NCBI GenBank assembly: GCA_000934665.2
Contig: KZ538603.1
Span: 124,001 to 154,204, forward strand
Origin: Catajapyx aquilonaris
Taxonomy: Eukaryota
Length of the DNA: 30,204 nt
Reading direction: 5' to 3'
The translations under genes were made by a program, and so were the position numbers. Below, in pieces: positions 22,682 through 30,204 of this stretch (position 1 is its first letter; every line of letters begins with the position of its first letter). The notes below the pieces were generated by a model. The model did no database searches. It saw only the letters and a program-made list of their open reading frames with translations, and was not told the DNA's origin.

Positions 22682-23911
22682 CCTCCTGAGACCCGAGAAC
22701 ACAATGCCAGTTCTTGTTGCATTATCTGAACATTTTCCCAGTGAAAAACTAGAAAAAAAAATATAGTTTTAAAATATTGACCATAATAATGACACAATGA
22801 GCACATTAGGACTCAATAGTGCTGCTACAAAAGCAGAACGGACGAAAGCTGAAAATTTAAATGCCACTTAATAGATCGCTAACATAGTGCTCTATCCTCC
22901 AAACAATGCTTTTTACATTCATTTGTGGAATTCGTGGTAGCAATTCGCCTCAGGACAATTAAAGATAAACTGCAATTATTTTTCAAGACCAAAACTTCAG
23001 GTATGGGGATTGCTCCTTCTCTTCTTAACTCCTAGCATGGTATCTCGGTATTATAGATTTTAAAACGGAACTGTAGTGGAAAGTACACTTCCTTGGTATA
23101 CATGCGCGTAAAGATAAATTACAGCTAATTCAACGAAAAATATTTTTCTTCGGATGTCCCTTCAAATCTGCGGTTCTCAACTGTGGGGCTCCCCCCTGGG
23201 GAGGGGGGGGGGGGCAAATCCAAAAATTATGTGACTCGAAACAGGCGCAAAAGTTGCACTGATTAGGTAAGAACTACTTCTCAGGGCTTACTGTAGAGTG
23301 CAGTTCTAAACGCCAAAAGTGAAATACTGAATAAGGATTTGTGCATTCAGAAAATTGCAGACAAGTCTGTTATATCCGGATTCAACTGCACTTGTACATT
23401 GGCACTGCTGGAAATATGAACGGACCGACCTTTCTACTTGCTTATATCCGATGTGCTTANNNNNGGGGGAGAGGATATCTAAAATTACTTTCCAGGGGGG
23501 CCCGATGCGATGTGGCAAAGGTTGAGAACCGCTGCTTTAAATTGACATTTTGTCTCAGCAGGACAAGATAATTACCAGTTCTCTACAGCAACAAAGATTG
23601 TTACAGACACATCTTTTCTTATTTCCTAATACACATTCCTTGCGAATCCCAGGACATTCACTGCATTGACGAAAATCGCTCTCTAAATATGAGTAAAAAA
23701 ATAAAACTTAGCAAATGAGCGCCTAGCTTCAGCAGCGGCATCCGCCGTTTTCACGAGTGATTTAATTTTCGCGGCCAAAGTCAGATATTCGACACTAGGT
23801 GGCTACACATATTGATGCCAACATACATGTTAACAGTTCTGTTGGCATCGCTAGTTGGCGCCAATTTTTTTTTGTTCATGTCGTCATATGTCGACATCAG
23901 GTATCAGGAGG
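22682..23911. mobile_element. piggyBac-like ATAT-target element, copy 2
   Basis: ATAT|cctcctgagacc...ggtatcaggagg|AT; homologous to 4278-5173. The empty site cctaatatgttggac is seen in pogo copy 1 (~15538-15552). Confidence 0.82.
23168..23534. mobile_element. hAT MITE nested in piggyBac-like copy 2
   Basis: TIR ctgcggttctcaac/gttgagaaccgctg; 8-bp TSD cttcaaat/ctttaaat. The single-copy empty site atttaaat is at 4780-4787 in copy 1. Confidence 0.88.
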
Positions 23912-23999
23912 ATGTTGGACACATCCCTATACGTTGGACATTTTCCTTGGAACCGTCAGTGTCCAACATAGACAGGTTTCACGGGTTTCACTGTAGCCT

Positions 24000-24821
24000 A
24001 TGGATAAACTATTGCTTATCCGCACCTTAACAACACGGTCGGTGTTAGCCCTCCCGACGCGACGGTTGGCAACGTTGCGCCACAAACAATCGGGTGCCTA
24101 TTGATACTGCTGCATGGTTACATGGAACTGTGCTTTATTCTTCTTTTCGGCCTTTCGAGGATTCAATTCGGGATTTTGAGGTGATTAAGTGGATGGAACA
24201 GCCCTTTGTCTTGGTGTTGCTGTATGGCTTTTTGTTACCGCAACTGTACTGTACATTGTTGTGGCCCTGCCAGGCACGGTACATCGCCCGTGCGTGATAT
24301 TTTTAGTTTTTGCAGCGCGATAGCGGAGCTGGGCGCTTAATGTGGGTTTCTGTATCCACAACATTTACTGTCCGTCTTGTGGCGCCGCAGGCCAACGAAC
24401 GTTATTGTGGCTTTGCCAAGCGCGAAGTACACCTTCACACAGTCCGTCAAACCAACGAACTACATGACGCCAAGGTCCGCCCGCCACCACCCGGCTCTCC
24501 AGGCTCTCCCCTCCAATCATGCTCACGACTCACTCTGCAGGCATACTACTGCACATACGCTCAGAAAACACGGCTGGTGTGACATGATATCGTTCTTTGG
24601 GTTAACGGACTGCAGCAACCGTCATGGCTTTCATATTTCCCACCTCCTTCATTAATACAGTGGTCCTAGCACTCGTCTGAACGGTTCGCGTGGCAGGGGT
24701 AAGAAGACGCCCTTTGTTGTGCTCTCCCGGCAACCGGTTGTTTGCGACGCGTAGCCAACATGTTTGGACCTGCCAATCCCACCGCGTCGCTAGGTGCGGA
24801 TAAACGATAGACTTTCCCACT

Positions 24822-24822
<1 letters not shown>
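24000..24822. mobile_element. Unclassified TIR element with degenerate ~90-bp inverted ends
   Basis: ctattgcttatccgcacct...caaacaatcgggtgcc aligns with the reverse complement of the right end, ctatcgtttatccgcacct...caaacaaccggttgcc. Left boundary approximate. Confidence 0.6.

Positions 24823-24900
<78 letters not shown>
24823..24900. repeat. (TAT)26 microsatellite
   Basis: Perfect trinucleotide run. Confidence 0.98.
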
Positions 24901-24901
<1 letters not shown>

Positions 24902-24904
24902 TGA

Positions 24905-26060
24905 TCCAAATATTGGTGCTTTGGTCCGATACACATATCATGTTCTGCAGGCATACCTTCTGGGTTCAGGCAATTAAAAATCGTAATTATTGGATAGTTA
25001 CCATTCGTTTTCCTTAGACTTATCTAATGCTAGAAGAAGAAGAAACTTTTTCGTCTGTGACTATAATTGATAGAATAGTTTGATATTGTCCTTAAACTGT
25101 CGTTACTTAGGAAAGTAGCCTATAACTTTAACACAACCAACGAATATGTTTTTTAACATTCAGATATTGCATTCCAGGGTACATATTTCAAAGTTCAAAT
25201 TTCTTCTAAATGTTTTAAATTTCTGTACTTCTCTCAACCACTTTCATAATACCTTTGCTCGTTTTATATAGCAAATCCGAAATTTGATTCGCAGATTGGT
25301 TACCTTACAAGTGCACCCTCGTTGTAATAGAGGGCCTGAGCTTTTAAACTTCTCTCCAATTGGAGCATGATTTGATGAAACCTTAACTTTGTAAGCCCTA
25401 GTTCCCCTCTGTGGACTACTGGAATTGTTTGTCGGAAATCCCCTGACAAAGCCCCTATTACACCTTCCATGAACATGTTCTTTAGTGTTTGGTGTAAGGC
25501 TTCGGAGAAAGAATTGTACATGCAGCGTTGTAAATATCCCACACTACGACAGCACAAAATTTTCATGGAGCTTCTGCATATAGTCATACTATACACACAC
25601 AAGTTGGTTCATCACAGGGTAAAACAAAAATTAAAATGTACAAAATACGCGTATATACCCAGTGCATATAGCCGATATAGGTCATTGCAGGTAACTACCA
25701 AGTGGATTACTGCCATAGCTGCTGGGATGGAAATTTTGAATTTCTAATCATCCATTACTTGGATAATTAATTACTGTGTAGTGCAGATGGGCTACATAAC
25801 TGTTGCCAAACGGTGCTGTACCAAAGAAAGAAAGAAAAAATAGACTTTTATTGTGGACGTCCAATTTGTGATGGGAATATCGGATTCGGAGATCGATATT
25901 TCGAGTTTGTCTCTGAGAATCGAATAGAAACTTTTCCGCATTTACGTGTCAGTATCATAAATTCAGAAGCTAGTATTGAGGATTGATTCTGCAGCAATAT
26001 TTCCATATTTTCCGTAGACATTAAAAGTATGATATCCATATGACCTCAGACACTTGGAAA
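24905..26060 (-). pseudogene. Decayed Helitron Rep/Hel PIF1-family helicase fragment
   Basis: Colinear, frameshifted motifs on the minus strand: CAVVVWD (Walker B IVWDE), SEALHQTLK (LEALDRTLK), LSGDFRQTIPVV (GDFRQTLPV), MYPGMQYLN...WLC (VFPNI...WLSERAIL), NYPIITIFNCLNPEGMP (NYPTEFLNSLDLPGMPPH). Confidence 0.8.
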
Positions 26061-26151
26061 ATGACCGTGCCATAAGAAGTCGAACGAACAATTGCCGCTA
26101 TGACTTTCCGAACAGGTCACCACAATGTCGTTGAATCTCAGATATAGCATA

Positions 26152-26632
26152 CTTGCCCAAAGTAAAAAAGATTGGGCCACCCTTGATTTTTATTTTTATT
26201 TGTTATTTTATTTACCCCGTTGAGAGAGGACAGAGGTCTTTTAGGGGGACGGGAAACGCCACTATTTTTTTCAGTCAATTTTGTGTATATTTTTTCTTCT
26301 AACTCCTTGCATGAAGAAAGGGCATGAGGTAGGGATGGGGATTTTTGGGGAGGAGACACGGGTGCTAGTACAATGTCTGAAACTGGGTCCTGTGCAGTCT
26401 ACATGGTCATTAGGTTTCCAGACGCCTCCAAGGCGCGGGTCAGACCCTCTTGACGGGCGGGGATCGAACCCGGGACCTTCCGCTCAGCCAGCCGAGTCGT
26501 TACCAAATCAGCTACCACGCCACCCCGGCCACCCCTGATATTTGTAATGAGCGACCTCTTTAAGGCGTTCTCATTAGTCATTATACAAGTACAAACATAA
26601 GTGGTGGCCCAATCTTTTTGACTTTAGGCACA
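26152..26632. mobile_element. Small Tc1-like MITE hosting a SINE
   Basis: ~30-bp TIR cttgcccaaagtaaaaaagattgggccacc versus reverse complement tgtgcctaaagtcaaaaagattgggccacc; TA flanks (26150-26151, 26633-26634). Confidence 0.72.
26188..26526 (-). mobile_element. tRNA-derived SINE, family C
   Basis: Minus-strand head with A-box-like TAGCTGATTTGG and B-box GGTTCGATCC, A-rich tail, and 13-bp TSD ggccacc(ct/cc)tgat (26175-26187, 26527-26539, 1 mismatch). Confidence 0.85.
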
Positions 26633-26950
26633 TATTATATATTATATCTTATTATAATATGGAACTCTAAATCACAAAATAAGACAAGAGCCGACCTTTT
26701 ACCAACTATGAGATACGGTCTTGAGGGTCATCGTACGTTGCATGATCGTAGAGGCCGATATGCAAATTTTGCAGCCAATAATTGATTTTTAGATGGCTTC
26801 GCCAGGTATAGACTAAATACCCTATCCTTGTATGTTTTCTGAGGGAAAACGCCCTTTGTTTCCATAGAAACAGAAACCTGAGAGAGATGCAAACATGCCG
26901 CATATTTTTCGGGACATTTTTCTCTGTTGACCAGAAAATACTCCCCGAAG

Positions 26951-27415
26951 CAGTGACATATTACCGAGGCACGTGCCTATAGGGCGGCAAATGTCATGGA
27001 GGCGGAAAATTTCATTAAAATTTTGACACGTGCGAAAATATGTAATACATGGCGTCACCGTTCATGTGCCACCCCAAGATGAATCGCCCGATACCCGAGA
27101 CCAGTAATGGCGAAAGTCGCGTGCACCCTTCCCCCCTAGGACAGTGGGGATCTGTGCAGGATCTACACGCGACTTTCGCCCTTACTGGTCTGGGCATCGG
27201 CCGATTCACCTGGGATCTGCATAAAAGTGTAAACCCCAATATGAAATTCCCTGGATTTTGGTACCAGTAGGAGTATTCATTACCATTTTTTTGACATAAC
27301 CATATTCGAGATATTTAGCCTTGAAATGCGCAAATTTCGGAATAAAAATCAGCCAGGAGGGGTGGGGCAGATAAGGCTATGCCTAAGGGGCGGCAAAAAC
27401 CTCAATACGTCACTG
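26951..27415. mobile_element. hAT MITE
   Basis: TIR cagtgacatatt/aatacgtcactg with a perfect 8-bp TSD ccccgaag (26943-26950, 27416-27423). Confidence 0.9.
27073..27214. repeat. ~140-bp GC-rich hairpin inside the hAT MITE, possibly a nested mini-element
   Basis: ~50-bp arms: ...gaccagtaatggcgaaagtcgcgtg versus cacgcgactttcgcccttactggtc... Confidence 0.75.
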
Positions 27416-28561
27416 CCCCGAAGCCTTAAAATCGGTCTTCACGTACGTTTTTCATATACTGTACGTATGTATTCCACGAATATATTCAACTGACACCTGT
27501 GATAACCCCTCAAAGTAACTGTTCCAAAAACTACTTTAAAATAAGCAGCTTAGTGTCAGAAATTGCGAACCACTAAGCACATTTCAATTGGAACACCTTG
27601 TAGATTTAGGTTCTCTTGATGCTAGGAAATCTAGGCTAAATCAAGGCGTGGCATGTACGCCCAAAGTCATTTCTAATTGGCTCATAACTAGCACACGAGG
27701 CGGAAATCTGGTCTACGCTTTTGGGGATCGAACGCGTATCTATGACTACGGCTGAGGATTTCAAAATGATGGAACATCAAACGCAGCATTTTCAAAGAAA
27801 TCTAGCATCTTTGACGTCATTCGGAGCATACTGTACACATTTATCTGGCGCACTGCGGAATTAAGTTTCGTAAATAGTCATTAGCATAATTATACTAATG
27901 TATTGTCAAAGGTCTTTGCTATGCGTTTGTGAGTGGGATGAGTTATGACCAGGTGTATCAGCTCAAAGTAGAAATGGCCAATTATATGCATTATTGTGAT
28001 TGCATGTAAGATCGGAGATTTTCTTTCATTTGCTTTCATGTAACCGGCTGTTAGTATGTGTGTAGACGCATATATTTTTTACAGTAATAAGATTTATGCA
28101 CGACGGGCTCGAAGGACTTAAGCCTACTGTACTGTACGTTTTTAACTATATAGACCGGGTCTTAGGGAAGTTGCTGACGCACATATCACAAATTCCCAAT
28201 CAAAGCTTTAAATATCGATGGAAAACATGAGCAGAGTGTCTGCCTTATGCGTGGGTACATGTTAAGTCCAGCACATTTAAATATCTTTACCATTTCAACT
28301 GATGTAAGCTTAATTCTGAAACGCACGGTATGTAAACTGACATAATTAGGTTTGAAAGTTGGGGTAATTTTGGATAATGTTACGTCATATTTTAAGTGTT
28401 CTTTTGACACATGAACATAACAGTTAGAGAACAATCCATCCGGAGATTATTTCTGGAATGAACTATTGCACGCTTATATTATCCTCATCAATAAAATAAA
28501 ATAAAACAAATCTTGATGATGATGATGATATTCCATGTTGATGTTGTATTCTTCTTTGCAG

Positions 28562-28659
28562 CGAAAGATTATGGCCTGTTTTTGGCCGACGACGATCCGA
28601 AGAAAGGAGTGTGGCTGGAGCAGGGACGTCCCTTAGAATATTACCTGCTGAGACCTGGA
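28562..28659 (+). CDS. rhea: Talin, next coding exon (98 nt, continuation of F0)
   Basis: Acceptor ttcttctttgcag ends at 28561. The split codon C+CG gives Pro, followed by KDYGLFLADDDPKKGVWLEQGRPLEYYLLRPG (human TLN1 DFGLFLSDDDPKKGIWLEAGKALDYYMLRNG). Donor GGA|gtaagt at 28659/28660, phase 0. The gene continues beyond the window. Confidence 0.96.
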
Positions 28660-29412
28660 GTAAGTATAATTAGCTCCCAATTCATGATGTTTACGTACAT
28701 GTAGTACTGTACAAGTATAGGGTATTAGCGGACGAGTCTCTGAGAGATACATCTCGAGCTAGTGTATAATGAGTCTAGAAATTCTTTGTTGAAATGTAGA
28801 CGTTTGTCGAGGAGGATCATTAAACTAATGAAGAAGCTGCAGTCTGGCAATGGAGCACGGAGTAACCATTACTCCTATATTTGAGAAAGAGGTCACAGGC
28901 TAATTGGGCTGCGTAGCAACAACAGTATTATACCTGATCAATAACAATAGGGTGTATTTGTACATGCGTAAGTGGTGATTTTCAAAATGCCATAGGTTAC
29001 CATTGTTGCTAGTGAAGCGTATTTGAGAAAGTGATATTGGTATATACCAATATCGGGCACTTATTACCGCAGTAAACAGACACGTAACTGGAACTACACA
29101 TATGTGCATGTAACCTACGTTAGTCTGCAAAAAAAAGGGAGATGATTTTTTAAAAAATAGCGGGTACAATATTTACCAAATTAAAAGTAATCCTGGGCCA
29201 CTTTGCGAAGTGATCAGAGAGTGGGTCCCTCCGAGGCATCAGATGTTATCCACGAAATCGGGATCATATTTGACTGGAGGGGTCGCCTACGGGATTTAGT
29301 CAATAGTGTCGCAAATATTGAGTGTATGTGTTCCATTTAATATTACTGAAGCTTATACGTTTACACAGGAATGGTAAGCTAACTTGGGTACTAATACAAC
29401 TAGCCTGTAATT

Positions 29413-29729
29413 TTTTTTTTATTGATACCCCGTGCTCGAGCCTGAGGCTCGTTTAGGGGGGTGGGCTACCACCATCTGTGGTGAAACTAGTATACTGAAA
29501 GTGTTTAGTGTGTTTCACGGGTCGTTAGGAGGGGATGTGCAAAGTGCATGTGCGCTGTCGTTAATTGGTCATTTTGTGAACTCCCCCGGGTGGCTTAGTC
29601 TATCGGAAATTGCCACCCGAAACGAAGCCAGAGATGGCCCAACTCTGCACGAAAGAAGGTGGGAACCCCGGGTGGGGATCGAACCCGGGACCTTAACTTC
29701 CGTGGGCGCGCGCGTTACCGTCTCCCTCT
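29413..29729 (-). mobile_element. tRNA-derived SINE, family B, uninterrupted copy
   Basis: 15-bp perfect TSD aactagcctgtaatt (29398-29412, 29730-29744), T-run (poly-A tail on the minus strand), and B-box GGTTCGATCC. Confidence 0.9.
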
Positions 29730-29804
29730 AACTAGCCTGTAATTGGGAACTAGGCACCAACTTGCCAGAATTTGGCAAAAAAATTAGGCAAAAGTGCGAA
29801 AGTG

Positions 29805-29806
<2 letters not shown>

Positions 29807-29864
<58 letters not shown>
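29807..29864. repeat. (GA)29 microsatellite
   Basis: Perfect dinucleotide run. Confidence 0.98.
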
Positions 29865-29866
<2 letters not shown>

Positions 29867-30204
29867 ACGAGGCAGCAGCATCGAAGCGACATCCGACGGT
29901 GAAGTGCAGAATAATTTTGACACCACTCCCAATGGTGTAGGCCGTACGGTGCGGGAGGAGTTTCCATGACAGTCGGGTATTAATAATATCGATTAAGAGG
30001 GCCGGGTACCTGGCGACCGCGCCACTTTTCAGGCAAAGCGAGGAGAAAAACGGGTGCGGATTCATCGTCTTCGTTCGACATATCCTCGCTCCTATGAGAG
30101 GTACGGGCATGCGGTTTTTTGCGTTGCACGGAGGGATGACCGGCGCTGCCTCCGGTCTTGGTCCGGTCCGGATCGGCCCACAAACACCGCATCTGGGATG
30201 GGAA

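Larger units (their letters stand above)
21998..23993. mobile_element. pogo/Tigger-type MITE, copy 2, outer host of a 3-level nest
   Basis: TA|cagtgaaacctgtc...gacaggtttcac(gggtttcac)tg|TA; homologous to 14693-15619. Confidence 0.85.
12865..28561 (+). other. 15,697-bp GT-AG intron of talin
   Basis: Begins gtaagt and ends tttgcag; joining the two exons gives a continuous talin F0 sequence with matching phase. Confidence 0.92.

Noticed and set aside
26440..26526. Genuine tRNA gene (also ~4020-4093 and ~29670-29729)
   Set aside because: A/B boxes are present but no convincing cloverleaf; each is attached to a SINE body and tail flanked by TSDs.
1..30204. The short ORFs in the six-frame track as genes or an operon-like novel system
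   Set aside because: Apart from the two talin exons and the transposase/helicase remnants, they have no recognisable domains and fall inside repeats or low-complexity DNA of a eukaryotic intron.
29870..30204. GC-rich segment as the next talin exon or a promoter
   Set aside because: I saw no talin F0/F1 continuation (DTLEY...K...MLDG) in the ORF track or by eye; it is probably another repeat truncated by the window edge.

Overview
Eukaryotic, very probably arthropod, genomic DNA; not a prokaryotic window. The only convincing host gene is talin (rhea/TLN) on the + strand. Two coding exons, 12732-12864 and 28562-28659, splice in frame across a 15.7-kb GT-AG intron and encode most of the F0 subdomain. 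The rest is intron or upstream sequence, and roughly half of the window (hand count) resolves into transposable elements with readable TIRs and TSDs. These include Tc1/mariner and pogo-type MITEs, an internally deleted mariner, hAT MITEs with 8-bp TSDs, a Chapaev3/CMC-like foldback with ~480-bp arms, piggyBac-like elements with unusual ATAT and TTAT targets, PIF/Harbinger MITEs, Helitron ends plus a decayed Helitron PIF1 helicase, and several tRNA-derived SINE families. Many are nested two or three levels deep. Nearly all ORFs in the supplied track are spurious. I found no convincing new protein-coding system. The most interesting structure is in the repeats: four different SINE bodies share one structured 3' tail, all six SINE copies are antisense to talin, two SINEs sit in or at the edge of DNA-transposon TIRs, and piggyBac-like elements use non-TTAA targets. 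Family assignments come from terminal motifs and recalled consensus features, not from database searches.
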